Shown here: positions 1-9,314 of the stretch, one piece after another
Layout of the letters: every line of letters starts with the position of its first letter
Position numbering within the stretch: the first letter of the stretch is position 1
Source of the DNA: a virus
Taxonomy: Duplodnaviria; Heunggongvirae; Uroviricota; Caudoviricetes
DNA length: 19,746 nt
Virus record (IMG/VR): IMGVR_UViG_2695420847_000002
Direction: 5' to 3' (one strand)
The notes under the pieces: model-generated
Seen by the model: the letters and a program-made list of their open reading frames with translations, nothing else
The model's database searches: none
What the model was told of the DNA's origin: nothing
Translations under genes and position numbers: made by a program

Positions 1-3000
1 ATGCCGTCCTGTTCCTGAGACAATACGGCACGACCACTGGCGGGCTTGCCCTTAATCGTCCAGCCACGCATATCAGGGATCACGCCTGACGGATAAGCGG
101 CTGCAAGTTTCGGGTAAGCAGATTTGTCAAAAGTCTGCCCCTGCATCAGGGCATAACCAGACGGAACGGTATCTGATGGCCACGGGATTGGTGCGCCGAC
201 TGGGTAGCTTTCTGGTGGAAGATTTTTCGAGGTATAAACTTCTGCCCAGTCTTCCTCAAAACCATAACCGTCTCTTGAAGAACGGTAGAACAGACCACCA
301 TTTCTGTAATGCGCCTTCATCTGCAGGGTCCGGCAACTTCCGACTCCGGTATAGAAGTTAACCAGAATATAGCTGTCGCCAGAGCGGGTGACATTGTAAG
401 CGCCTGATTCGGCATTCCAGGGAACGCCACCATCCGCATCGGCATATGTATCCGTTGCCCTTCTGGCAAAAGCAGCCACATGCGCAGCGGTTAAAGTAAT
501 ATCTCTGGAACCATCAAACTCAACACCAGAAACCAGTCTTGGCGTTTGCAGCTTTGTTGCTGTTAATGCATTACCGTTCAGACTTGCGGACAGTTTGGTT
601 CCAATAATCAGTTCGCCGGTTGCGTTATCAATAGCAACCGGTCTTAATGTATTCCAGCCACCATAAACATCACCTTGATTGGTAAGCAGCAGGTAAGTTT
701 TAGCGCCATCATTACGCCATAATGCACCATACTCCCCACCTATCATTCGAATCTGATTACCACCACGCGCTACAATTTCGTCTGTGGCAAAAAGTTTTTT
801 GCACGACAAGTTATCGTTAACGATTAACGAATGAGACTCATAAAAACCACGCCCACTCTTAAAATCAAGGATAACGTCCGCCGCGATACATTCAGTCGCT
901 GGATTTGTTGCCCCAAACTTATAGGTCGTATCATTAACAACGAGATCAGCACCAGGTGCGGATATTGACAGGCCATCTTCGATAAACGCAAAAACAGGGA
1001 AAGCAGCGCCATCAACATAGAACACAGAGCGCAAATCATCGCCCTTATTACTCATCATTATTGAGTGGATGGCTCGTTCATTGTTTTGATATTGCCAGAA
1101 CATTCCATAAGCATAACGCCCCCTGTCAGTCCAGCCACCAGGCATAACAAATCCGTTAAACTCGCAGTTATTCATCGGATCGCCTGCGGTTCGCGTTGCC
1201 GTGGTGATAATGACCCTTGATGCCAGTTCGCTTACTGAGCCAGCAGAACGCATAACAACAACAGGGTAATATTTTCCAGATGTTGCACCTGCAGGAGCGT
1301 TAACCCGCACATAACGCATACCACGCTTATCAGCAAAGTCTGTTTTACTGACCGCGTTAATGTTGTTCAGGAAGCGTCCCTTATCGGGTATATCAGCGCC
1401 GTTCTGGTCTTTCTGCAGACGTTTCTCTGCATTGTCATAGGCTGATTTTACTGCCTTTGGCGTTGCCGCCAGCGTTTCAGACGTGCTGTTGGTCGCGCTG
1501 CTTAGCTGGATTATCCCTTTCTGTGCTGTCGTTGCATCCTGTGCGGTGTATTTCCCGTTAGCCAGGTCATACGCGGCCTTAACGGCTTTTGGCGTTGCCG
1601 CCAGTGACTCGGAAGTGCTGTTGGTCGCACTGCTGAGCTGTACTATCCCCTTTTTCGTCGTGCTCGCATCCTCAAGCGCCACGGCGGATGCAATATCCTC
1701 TGCCCGTTTTGCCGCTGTCTCAGCGCGCGTTGCCGCGGATTCCGCCGTACTTTTGCTCTGAGCTGCCGCCGTCGCACTGCCAGCTGCCTCTGTCGCCTTC
1801 GTGGATGCCGTCGTGGCGCTGCCTTTCGCTGCTGATGCCTGTCTGCTCGCCTCATCTTTTGAAGCAGACGCAGATGATGCCGATGACGCCGCCGAACTGG
1901 CGGACGATGCAGCAGCCGTTTTTGAGGATTCTGCACGGGTTTCCGACGCTTTCGCGTTCGTTTCGGATGTCTTCGCTGCGGAAGCTGACCTCGCTGCTGC
2001 GCTGGCCTGCTCAGTGGCTTCGCCAGCCTTCGTTGTGGCTGTTGAAGCGGATGATGCGGCGCTTTCTGCCGATTTTCCGGCGGCGGTGGCACTGGCTGAG
2101 GCCTGCCCGGCACTTGTTGACGCGGCGCTGGCAGACGACGCAGCCGCTGTTTTTGAGCCTGCCGCAGCTGAGGCACTCTGTCCCGCTGCCGTTTCAGAAG
2201 ACCTGGCGTTCGTCTCGGACGTTTTGGCCGCCTTCGCAGAATTTGCTGTCGCCGTTGCCGAGGAAGCTGCGCTACTGGCGCTCGAGGATGCGTTCGTTTC
2301 TGATGATTTTGCCGCCTCTTTTGAAGCCGCCGCATCCCGGGCTGAGGTGGCAGCTTCTGACGCTTTCGTGGTCGCGGTGGATGCAGAAGTGGCTGCTGAT
2401 TGTTGTGACGCTGCAGCATTCGTTTCTGACGTTTTCGCGGCACTGGCACTGGTAGCTGCCGCGCTTTTTGAGGACTCTGCAGCAGCAGCACTTTTCGATG
2501 CTTCAGTGGCCTTTGTTGATGCCGTTCCTGCGCTGGAAGATGCTGACTGAGCCGACGACGCGGCCTGTCCGGCTGACGTGCTGGCTGCGCGTGCTGAGCC
2601 TGCAGCATCAGTCGCACGGGTTGCCGCCTCACTGGCAGATGTGCTGGCATCACTGGCTGACTTCTTTGCGGCTGCCGTGTTCTGTGCCACCACGGACGCG
2701 TTACGCGCCACCTCTTCCACCATCAGCTCAAAACGGCGCAGTGCCTCCGGACGGGCATCATCCTCCGTCATGGCACCGAGAAAATCATTCAGCGTACCGG
2801 GTCGGGAATCTTCATACACTGTGATGGTCCCGGCATGTGACGGCGGGAATCCTTCCACCAACAGAATAACGCTGTACTGACCGTACTCAACGTCCATACT
2901 GTAACGCCCGGCTTCATCCGGATTTTCTGAGGCCAGCGTGTTCACCACCACCGTGGTACTGTTACGTTTTGCTTTCAGCTGGATTGTGCAGTTCTGTACC

Positions 3001-3047
3001 GGTTTTCCTGTGCCGTCTTTCAGTACACCTGAAATCTTTACTGCCAT
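1..3047 (-). CDS. stf: Side tail fibre protein Stf, N-terminal ~1015 codons; 3' end lies beyond window position 1
   Basis: Seen: continuous minus-strand frame from ATG at 3047..3045 ([36 protein letters not shown]...) to the window edge, where the same frame reads ...[15 protein letters not shown]...[23 protein letters not shown]. Spot-checked at 2680-2717 ([13 protein letters not shown]) and 1260-1319 ([20 protein letters not shown]). Absent from the ORF track because no stop codon falls inside the window. Established (recall): N-terminus and the [29 protein letters not shown] block closely resemble lambda Stf / E. coli StfR. Confidence 0.85.
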   Translation of the reverse strand, partial: MAVKISGVLKDGTGKPVQNCTIQLKAKRNSTTVVVNTLASENPDEAGRYSMDVEYGQYSVILLVEGFPPSHAGTITVYEDSRPGTLNDFLGAMTEDDARPEALRRFELMVEEVARNASVVAQNTAAAKKSASDASTSASEAATRATDAAGSARAASTSAGQAASSAQSASSSAGTASTKATEASKSAAAAESSKSAAATSASAAKTSETNAAASQQSAATSASTATTKASEAATSARDAAASKEAAKSSETNASSSASSAASSATATANSAKAAKTSETNARSSETAAGQSASAAAGSKTAAASSASAASTSAGQASASATAAGKSAESAASSASTATTKAGEATEQASAAARSASAAKTSETNAKASETRAESSKTAAASSASSAASSASSASASKDEASRQASAAKGSATTASTKATEAAGSATAAAQSKSTAESAATRAETAAKRAEDIASAVALEDASTTKKGIVQLSSATNSTSESLAATPKAVKAAYDLANGKYTAQDATTAQKGIIQLSSATNSTSETLAATPKAVKSAYDNAEKRLQKDQNGADIPDKGRFLNNINAVSKTDFADKRGMRYVRVNAPAGATSGKYYPVVVMRSAGSVSELASRVIITTATRTAGDPMNNCEFNGFVMPGGWTDRGRYAYGMFWQYQNNERAIHSIMMSNKGDDLRSVFYVDGAAFPVFAFIEDGLSISAPGADLVVNDTTYKFGATNPATECIAADVILDFKSGRGFYESHSLIVNDNLSCKKLFATDEIVARGGNQIRMIGGEYGALWRNDGAKTYLLLTNQGDVYGGWNTLRPVAIDNATGELIIGTKLSASLNGNALTATKLQTPRLVSGVEFDGSRDITLTAAHVAAFARRATDTYADADGGVPWNAESGAYNVTRSGDSYILVNFYTGVGSCRTLQMKAHYRNGGLFYRSSRDGYGFEEDWAEVYTSKNLPPESYPVGAPIPWPSDTVPSGYALMQGQTFDKSAYPKLAAAYPSGVIPDMRGWTIKGKPASGRAVLSQEQDG
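1435..1690 (-). repeat. Tandem direct repeat, about 2 x 132 bp, inside stf; encodes two copies of a phage tail-fibre repeat motif
   Basis: Seen: the core tttggcgttgccgccag recurs at about 1456 and 1588 with flanking similarity. Encoded peptides are [29 protein letters not shown]... and [29 protein letters not shown]... Established: this motif class is the Pfam 'phage tail fibre repeat'. Boundaries approximate. Confidence 0.6.
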
Positions 3048-3058
3048 ATTCACCCCAC

Positions 3059-3084
3059 AAAAAAGCCCGCCTGAACCGGCGGGC
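3059..3084 (-). terminator. Rho-independent terminator downstream of lom, immediately upstream of the stf start
   Basis: Seen: 7-bp GC stem gcccgcc / ggcgggc (3065-3071 / 3078-3084) with a 6-nt loop, followed on the minus strand by T6 (A-run 3059-3064 on plus). Minus-strand RNA: GCCCGCCGGUUCAGGCGGGCUUUUUU. Confidence 0.6.
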
Positions 3085-3111
3085 TGTCATAACACTGTGT
3101 TACCTGGCTAA

Positions 3112-3711
3112 TCAGAATTTATAACCGACACCCACGATGAACCCGTCAGTGCGCCAGTCACCACTGCCGGAGCCTTCATAAGCGACATCAACGGCCACGG
3201 ATTCGGTCGGGTTAAACTGCACGCCAGCTCCCCACGCCAGAGACGTGTTGCTGTGGCGACCGTCATCACTTCCGGTCAGCACATCGTGCGTTTTCCCCTT
3301 GTTGTCAGTTACGCGGATATAATCCCCGGAGAAAGTCGACACACGGCTGTAAGCCATACCCGCCATCGCATACGCGCTGAACCATTCATTCACGCGCACA
3401 GACGGCCCCGCCATCACGCTGAACCAGCGATTACGCACGGAATCCTCATGCCAGCGGGTATCGCTGTAATGCGTTTTTTGCTCATCTTCAGCGTTGGCAT
3501 AACTGAATGACGTAATCAGCCCCAGCGTGTCCGTAAACTCATAACGGTATTTCACGTTAATCCCGTTCAGATTATCGCTGCCGGGAGCGTTCGTACGGGC
3601 ATGAAGATACCCTGCGCTCAGTGTGGCCTGCTGCTCAGACGCCCATGCAGGCGCACCGGATACGGCCAGACAGATGGCTGCGGACAAAATGGCTGCACAA
3701 ACTTTACGCAT
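3112..3711 (-). CDS. lom: Lom outer-membrane beta-barrel protein (Ail/Lom/PagC family), prophage moron
   Basis: Seen: 199-aa ORF with a signal-peptide-like N-terminus (MRKVCAAILSAAICLAVSGAPAWA) and C-terminal ...GVGYKF; ATG at 3711..3709 preceded by GAGAGG. Established (recall): same position as lambda lom between J and stf. Flanked by terminators on both sides. Confidence 0.9.
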   Translation of the reverse strand: MRKVCAAILSAAICLAVSGAPAWASEQQATLSAGYLHARTNAPGSDNLNGINVKYRYEFTDTLGLITSFSYANAEDEQKTHYSDTRWHEDSVRNRWFSVMAGPSVRVNEWFSAYAMAGMAYSRVSTFSGDYIRVTDNKGKTHDVLTGSDDGRHSNTSLAWGAGVQFNPTESVAVDVAYEGSGSGDWRTDGFIVGVGYKF

Positions 3712-3735
3712 AATTACCTCTCGCTTTTCTGCAAT

Positions 3736-3760
3736 AAAAAAGGCGCCATTTCTGGCGCCC
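3736..3760 (-). terminator. Rho-independent terminator downstream of J (tJ-like), upstream of lom
   Basis: Seen: stem ggcgcca / tggcgcc (3742-3748 / 3753-3759), loop tttc, then T6 on the minus strand (A-run 3736-3741 on plus). Confidence 0.6.
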
Positions 3761-3778
3761 GTATATGGGTTATAAAAT

Positions 3779-6700
3779 TCAGCTGATACTGATGCCTGCG
3801 GTGGCTTTCTTCATCACCACAACCAGCAAATCGCTGATACTTGCTGTGGGATACCAGTCATTTACCAGCCATGCTGACACCGAAAACTCCAGCGTCATGT
3901 GGCCGTGACCAGCAGGCATATCAATAACACCACTGTAAATCAGCGTATTATCCAGCGCGGTACGGTTATAAATTTCAGCACCATTTTTCTTCACTATCAG
4001 GCGGCATGAGGAGTAAATATCAGTATGCTCTCTCTCATGTTTAGCACCGCTGAATGCCACCGCCGGAATAACAATCTGCCGGTCAAACGGCTGATCGTCA
4101 TAAATCCTGACGGTAATGGTCCCTGATGGCCACCGCTCCGGTGCCCGGGAGTCCCGCGGGAAAGCCTTACCCACTGTTTTGACAATATCGCCTTCAATCT
4201 GGTTGGCTGACAGTTTCCCTTTAATCTGACAGTTCTCATTTATCGTAACGTTGTTGAGCGTCCCGGAGTTCGCATTCACACTGCCACTGATATCTGCATT
4301 TTTAGCGGTCAGCTTTCCGTCCGGTGTCAGGGAAAATGCAGGAGGATTACCGCCGCTGGTAATGGTGGGAGCCGTCAGATATTTCAGGAACACTTCATTC
4401 ATGAATATCTGATCACCCTGACCAACAAACATCGGTTTTGTGTTGCCATTTGCAGGATTAATCATCGCAATCCTGTCTGCCGCCAGCAGCACCTGACTCT
4501 GCATGCCGTCGGGGGTGTTCTCAATACCGGCACCGATACCCGCGATATAAAGGCGTCCGTCCTGCATCTGCTGCAGCTTCACAGCCCACATGCTGTTCAG
4601 ATTATTATTTGTATCAACCTGAACCTTCTGTATCTGCTGGATCGCTGCACTCTGGTCTTCCAGTTTCTTATTGACGGTCTGTGTGATTTCATTGCTGACA
4701 TCCGTAATGGACGTCCTGATTTCAGCCAGGTCAGGCGCAAGCTGACCGTTATCAATCTGCGTCCACAGCTCCTGAGCCAGATGGGTTTTCCCTATCTCGC
4801 CTTTGAAAAAATCCAGATAGCCGGATGCGTCATCACTCGGCTGACCAACAGCCTCCACGAATGCCGATTTGCCAACGGTGTTCACACTGCGAACGTAAAA
4901 ATAATAATTATGGCCCGGCCTGATATTGATACTGGCGGCTATCCAGTACAGCGCCGTGCCAAGATAGCGTGCTGTGGTTTCAACCTGCCTGATATCCGCA
5001 ATCCGCTTTTCCGAGAACCAGAACTCAAACTGTACCGTCGGATCATAAACCGCAAGATGCGGCGTGGCGGTTATCTGAAAATAGCCCGGCGTCAGCTCAA
5101 TCCGCGACGGCGCTGCCGGTGCGGCAATCCGGAACGATACCGACGCCGGATCGCCCTGCTGCCCCCACGCATTTACTGCCCGGACTGTCAGCCTGTAGTT
5201 CCCCAGAGCCAGTTGTGTGAAGCGGTAAGTGGTTTCCGTCGTCCGGGCCGTGCTGACCAGCCGCTCACTGCCGTCATCCGCTGCCACGGTCAGGCGAAGC
5301 ATGAAACTCACGCCCTTCACCACCTTCGGCGTGTCCCAGCGGGCCAGTACCTGATACTCCCCGCTGTCTGCGGTGACTTCGGCAGTCAGGTGCTGCACTG
5401 CTGGCGGCGTGACACCATTCACCGTGCCGCTCTGGTCGCCGTCAAAGTGCGCCCCGTTATCCACGATGGCTTCTTTTTCCGGTACATGCTGCACGGCGGT
5501 GATGGCATACGTGCCGTCGTCGTTCTCACGGATACTCACGCAGCGGAACAGGCGCTGGCGCAGCGTCGGCAGCTTCAGCCCCCATACGCTGTATCCGGCA
5601 ACGCCGTCAGGAACACGGCTCACTTTTACCTTCACGCCGTCGGTGACGGACTGGACCTCCACGCTGACCGGATTGCCACTTCCGTCAACCAGGCTTATCA
5701 GCGTGGTACCGGAGGATGGCAGCGTGATTTCACGGTCGAGCGTCAGCGTCCGGGTCTGGCTGTTCACCGCCAGCACGCGCCCGCCGGTGCTGATCCCCGC
5801 ATAGTCATCATCGCAGATTTCAATGACATCGCCCGGCACATGGCGAAGCCCTTCCGCACCCACGCTGAAGTCCACGGTCTGCGTTTCCAGTAGTTCCGTT
5901 TTAATCAGCCACAGCCCGGCGCGGTGCGCCTGCCCCCGGCTGGTACAGCCAAAGGCATCCATCTTCGTGACGTTACGACCGTAACGGAGAATGGCCTGCG
6001 TATCTTCAACAAGCTCTGTCGCCGTCTCCCAGCCGTTATCCGGGTCAATCCAGTTCACCTCAACGGCATTATGACGGTCCTTCAGGGCACTGAAGCTGTA
6101 GCGGAACGGCGCGCCATCATCCGGCATCACCACATTACTGCGGTTATAGGTCCACACCTTATCCGACGGTCGGTCCTGCACGAACGTCAGCGTCTGCCCG
6201 TTCCATACCGGCATACAGCGCATCGCCGAGCAGAAATCACTGAGAACATCCCACGCCTTGCGCTGTGTGGTCAGGTAGGCATTACAGGTGATGCGCGGCT
6301 CCGTGCCACCAAAGCCATCCGGCACCGACTGGTCGCAATTCTGGCCGATGACATACAGCGCCCATTTGTCCACATCCGCCGCACCGAGACGCTTCCCCAT
6401 GCCGTAGCGCGGATGGGTCAGCATATCCCACAGACACCAGGCCATGTTGTTGCTGTATGCTGGCTTAAACGTTCCGTCCCAGATACCGCTGTATTGCCGC
6501 GTCTGCGGGTTATAGTTCGACGGCACCTGCAGAATGCGCCCGCGAAGATGATAATTACGGCTCACCTGCTGGCTGCCGAACTGTTCCGAGTCCACCTGCA
6601 CGCCGACCAGTGCCGTGTTCGGGTAGCACTGTTTCACATCGATGATTTCGGTGTATGACGACCAGAGCGTTTTGTTCTGCAGCTGGTCTGTGGTGCTGTC

Positions 6701-7258
6701 CGGCGTCATTCTGCGCATCCGGATATTAAACGGGCGCGGCGGCAGGTTATCCACCACCACCGAGGCCAGATACTGCGAGGTGGTTTTGCCCTTAATGGTG
6801 ATGTCTTTTTCCGTCACCCAGCCACCATTACGCTGTATCTGAACCAGCAGGCGAACTTCCGACGGATTCCGGTCCCCCTTTGAGGTGGTTTCCACCAGTG
6901 CCTGCACACCGAAGGTAAAGCGCAGTCGGTCGATGTTTGCCGACGTGATGGCGCGGGTGATCGGCGTGTCGTATTTCACTTCCGTACCCAACACCGTCTC
7001 GGAGCCGGAGGATTCAAATCCCTCCGGCGGAGTCTGCTCCTGCTCACCAGCCCGGAACACCACCGTGACACCGGCGATGTTGGTATTCCCATCACTGTCC
7101 AGCACCGGCGTACTGTTCAGCAGCACGCTTTTTAATCCATCCATCGGACCTTCAATCGGCCCTTCACTGATGGCATCAATCACACTCAGCAACTGCGTGG
7201 ACTTCAGGTTGTCCTTCGCTTCGCGCGGGGTATGCCCCTTACTGCTTCCTTTACCCAT
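3779..7258 (-). CDS. J: Tail tip central fibre / host specificity protein J
   Basis: Seen: 1159-aa ORF, ATG at 7258..7256. Established (recall): N-terminal ~780 aa are near-identical to lambda gpJ ([38 protein letters not shown]...); the C-terminal part is homologous but diverged. Confidence 0.95.
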   Translation of the reverse strand: MGKGSSKGHTPREAKDNLKSTQLLSVIDAISEGPIEGPMDGLKSVLLNSTPVLDSDGNTNIAGVTVVFRAGEQEQTPPEGFESSGSETVLGTEVKYDTPITRAITSANIDRLRFTFGVQALVETTSKGDRNPSEVRLLVQIQRNGGWVTEKDITIKGKTTSQYLASVVVDNLPPRPFNIRMRRMTPDSTTDQLQNKTLWSSYTEIIDVKQCYPNTALVGVQVDSEQFGSQQVSRNYHLRGRILQVPSNYNPQTRQYSGIWDGTFKPAYSNNMAWCLWDMLTHPRYGMGKRLGAADVDKWALYVIGQNCDQSVPDGFGGTEPRITCNAYLTTQRKAWDVLSDFCSAMRCMPVWNGQTLTFVQDRPSDKVWTYNRSNVVMPDDGAPFRYSFSALKDRHNAVEVNWIDPDNGWETATELVEDTQAILRYGRNVTKMDAFGCTSRGQAHRAGLWLIKTELLETQTVDFSVGAEGLRHVPGDVIEICDDDYAGISTGGRVLAVNSQTRTLTLDREITLPSSGTTLISLVDGSGNPVSVEVQSVTDGVKVKVSRVPDGVAGYSVWGLKLPTLRQRLFRCVSIRENDDGTYAITAVQHVPEKEAIVDNGAHFDGDQSGTVNGVTPPAVQHLTAEVTADSGEYQVLARWDTPKVVKGVSFMLRLTVAADDGSERLVSTARTTETTYRFTQLALGNYRLTVRAVNAWGQQGDPASVSFRIAAPAAPSRIELTPGYFQITATPHLAVYDPTVQFEFWFSEKRIADIRQVETTARYLGTALYWIAASINIRPGHNYYFYVRSVNTVGKSAFVEAVGQPSDDASGYLDFFKGEIGKTHLAQELWTQIDNGQLAPDLAEIRTSITDVSNEITQTVNKKLEDQSAAIQQIQKVQVDTNNNLNSMWAVKLQQMQDGRLYIAGIGAGIENTPDGMQSQVLLAADRIAMINPANGNTKPMFVGQGDQIFMNEVFLKYLTAPTITSGGNPPAFSLTPDGKLTAKNADISGSVNANSGTLNNVTINENCQIKGKLSANQIEGDIVKTVGKAFPRDSRAPERWPSGTITVRIYDDQPFDRQIVIPAVAFSGAKHEREHTDIYSSCRLIVKKNGAEIYNRTALDNTLIYSGVIDMPAGHGHMTLEFSVSAWLVNDWYPTASISDLLVVVMKKATAGISIS

Positions 7259-7280
7259 TCCTCACGCTCCATAAACGACA

Positions 7281-7300
7281 AAACCGCCCGCAGGCGGTTT
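7281..7300 (-). terminator. Stem-loop in the I-J intergenic gap (terminator-like, weak U-tract)
   Basis: Seen: 8-bp stem aaaccgcc / ggcggttt with 4-nt loop; on the minus strand followed by UUUUGUCGUUU, then the J ribosome-binding site GGAG. Function inferred only. Confidence 0.3.
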
Positions 7301-7318
7301 CACATAAAACATTTTGCA

Positions 7319-7960
7319 TCAGCGACCAATCACCACAACCTGACCACCATCCCCTTCGTCTGCCGTGCTGATCTCCTGAGAAACCACGCGTGACCCCACG
7401 CGCATTTCACCGTACAGAACAGGCAGAACATTGCCCTGGGCAACCATGTTATCCAGTGAAGAAAAATAGGTGTTCTGTTTGCCGTTATCCGTTGTCTGTG
7501 TGCGGGGGGTTTTGGGTTTAGGGGCCAGCATCTGTGCAACACCGCCAAGCGTCATACTGGCACCGAGAGAAAACAGCAGATTACTCGCCATAATTCCTAC
7601 CCCCGGCATCCATATAGCAACCGCCATAACAGCCGCCCCCAGCACAGCCTGAAACACACCGCCACTTTTGGCTCCCGCCAGACGCGGCACGATATGGATC
7701 ACAGCACCATTTGCCAGCGGTTCATTAAGACGGGCTGATAATTCCGTTTCACCTGTATCACGCCCGGCAATGCGTACCTGATACCAGCCGTCGCTCAGCT
7801 TCTGACGAAACGCCGGGATCTGCATGGCCAGCGCCCGGATGGCTTCGGCCCCCGTTTTCACACGCAGATCGATGCGGCGGCCAAATCGTTGTAAATCCCC
7901 GTAAAGGCAGATGCGCGCCATGCCCGGTGACGCCAGAGGGAGTGTGTGCGTCGCTGCCAT
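7319..7960 (-). CDS. I: Tail tip assembly protein I
   Basis: Seen: 213-aa ORF, ATG at 7960..7958, overlapping the 3' end of K by ~100 nt. Established (recall): the same K/I overlap exists in lambda; N-terminus MAATHTLPLASPGMARICLYGDLQRFGRRIDLRVKTGAEAIRALA matches lambda gpI. Confidence 0.9.
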   Translation of the reverse strand: MAATHTLPLASPGMARICLYGDLQRFGRRIDLRVKTGAEAIRALAMQIPAFRQKLSDGWYQVRIAGRDTGETELSARLNEPLANGAVIHIVPRLAGAKSGGVFQAVLGAAVMAVAIWMPGVGIMASNLLFSLGASMTLGGVAQMLAPKPKTPRTQTTDNGKQNTYFSSLDNMVAQGNVLPVLYGEMRVGSRVVSQEISTADEGDGGQVVVIGR

Positions 7961-8601
7961 TTGTCGGTATACCTCTCTCGTTTGCTCAGTTGTTCAGGAA
8001 TATGGTGCAGCAGCTCGCCGTCACCACAGTAAATGGCGGCATGATTCGGCACCGATGAACCAAAGCAGCACAGCAGCACATCGCCCGGTTGTGCTGATGA
8101 CAACGGCACCTGATACAGCCCTGTGGCCTCCAGATTATCCAGATAGAGATTCTGACCGTGACGCCACCAGTCATCCCCGCGATGAAAATCCGGCATCTCA
8201 ATTCCCGCCAGATGGTAAGCGTCCCGGAACAGCGTGTAACAGTCCGTCACCCCGTGCTCAAAGCGCCGCCCGGTGAGATGCGGCACACAGCGGAATTTAT
8301 GAATCGCCCCCCGGCAGACCAGCCACCACGGCAAATCACTCTGCACCTGCAGCCGCCGGTCGGCCTCACTCAGCCAGGGCAGACCACCGGGGTGGCTGTG
8401 GACCAGCGCCACAATCTCTCCCTGCATTTCTGCACTCAGCCAGTCCTCCGGCGACATCCGGAAATACTCCTCCGGCTCACCGGATATATTCACGCAGGGA
8501 AAATATCTTTCCCCCTCCGGTGTTCTCACCACGAAGCCGCACGACTCCGCTGGCGCACATCGCCGGGCGTGCGCCAGAATCGCTGATTCTGTCTCTGTCA
8601 T
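7858..8601 (-). CDS. K: Tail tip assembly protein K (MPN/JAMM-like plus NlpC/P60-like domains)
   Basis: Seen: the ORF is open from 8610 (GTG) with the first ATG at 8601..8599, 6 nt after the L stop. It contains HSHPGGLPWLSEAD (HxHx7SxxD) and a downstream Cys/His NlpC/P60-like segment (VTDCYTLF...NHAAIY). Start codon uncertain (8610 GTG, 8601 ATG, or an internal Met). Confidence 0.85.
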   Translation of the reverse strand: MTETESAILAHARRCAPAESCGFVVRTPEGERYFPCVNISGEPEEYFRMSPEDWLSAEMQGEIVALVHSHPGGLPWLSEADRRLQVQSDLPWWLVCRGAIHKFRCVPHLTGRRFEHGVTDCYTLFRDAYHLAGIEMPDFHRGDDWWRHGQNLYLDNLEATGLYQVPLSSAQPGDVLLCCFGSSVPNHAAIYCGDGELLHHIPEQLSKRERYTDKWQRRTHSLWRHRAWRASAFTGIYNDLAAASICV

Positions 8602-8606
8602 GGGAT

Positions 8607-9305
8607 TCACTGCGAAAGTTTGTTAATGGAAAGGAAGCCGCCAAAGTTGCCGACGTTATTGCGAAACTTACAGCCGCTCAGGCATTTGCTGCATTTATCC
8701 TTCGTGATATCGGACGTCGGCTGATCATATTCATCCGCGACCGCCGGACCGTGATAACCGCACTCATCACCGCGATAGGTCCAGGTGCAGGTGTTGGCCA
8801 GCATGATACGTCCCGGAAAAACGGCACCGTCCGTTTCCGTCGGCGTGGACAGTACAAAAGAGGCACTCACCGCGCTCAGTTCACTGCACTGCTCGATGCG
8901 CCAGCGGCTGATCACCTCCTGCTCCGGATCGGCGTCACTGTTTCCGTTGACGAAGTTCACCGCATCCAGAAAACGGGCGTAAACCTTACGCCTGACCACC
9001 GTTCCGCCGACCAGACTCTGCAGGTCTTCCGCCATCCCGGTGACCATGCCGTGCAGGTTAGAGACCGTCAGTGTCGGACGGGCAGCACTGCCCTTACCGT
9101 TCAGTTCAAATCCCGTCCCCTGAATGGGGTATGCCTGATACTGCCGCCCCTGCCAGGTGACCGGCTCACCTTTTTCGTTCTGCTCATTACAGAAAAAATA
9201 ACGTTCACCACCGACCTCTGTCAGATCGATTTCCCAGAGCACCACCTGGGCTGACTGAGTAAGGCGTGTCGTCTCATGATGTGTTTCCTGTGGAATATCC
9301 TGCAT
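8607..9305 (-). CDS. L: Tail tip protein L (C-terminal Cys cluster)
   Basis: Seen: 232-aa ORF, ATG at 9305..9303, ends ...KCSKCLSGCKFRNNVGNFGGFLSINKLSQ. Established (recall): near-identical to lambda gpL, same length. Confidence 0.95.
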   Translation of the reverse strand: MQDIPQETHHETTRLTQSAQVVLWEIDLTEVGGERYFFCNEQNEKGEPVTWQGRQYQAYPIQGTGFELNGKGSAARPTLTVSNLHGMVTGMAEDLQSLVGGTVVRRKVYARFLDAVNFVNGNSDADPEQEVISRWRIEQCSELSAVSASFVLSTPTETDGAVFPGRIMLANTCTWTYRGDECGYHGPAVADEYDQPTSDITKDKCSKCLSGCKFRNNVGNFGGFLSINKLSQ

Positions 9306-9314
9306 CAGGGCCTC

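Noticed and set aside
824-1039. 71-aa minus-strand ORF
   Set aside because: Out of frame with stf and entirely inside it; no independent support.
1643-2653. 336-aa minus-strand ORF, extremely Arg/Pro/Gln-rich
   Set aside because: It is an alternative frame of the stf repeat tract. The stf frame (set by the ATG at 3047 and by lambda-like sequence at both ends) is a different frame, and the composition is an artefact of repetitive GC-rich DNA.
1483-2880. Plus-strand ORFs 1483..1761, 1688..2455, 1801..2550 (Ala/Asp-rich), 2468..2824 and 2578..2880
   Set aside because: Antisense to stf, with low-complexity composition mirroring the stf repeats and no ribosome-binding sites; shadow ORFs.
3253-3786. 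Plus-strand ORFs 3253..3510 and 3601..3786
   Set aside because: Antisense to lom and to the J terminator region; no start context.
3997-7274. ORFs embedded in J: minus 3997..4239; plus 4781..5893 (370 aa), 5373..5804, 5924..6658 (244 aa), 6642..6842, 6885..7274
   Set aside because: All lie inside the well-supported J gene, in alternative or antisense frames; their length is expected from GC-rich coding DNA.
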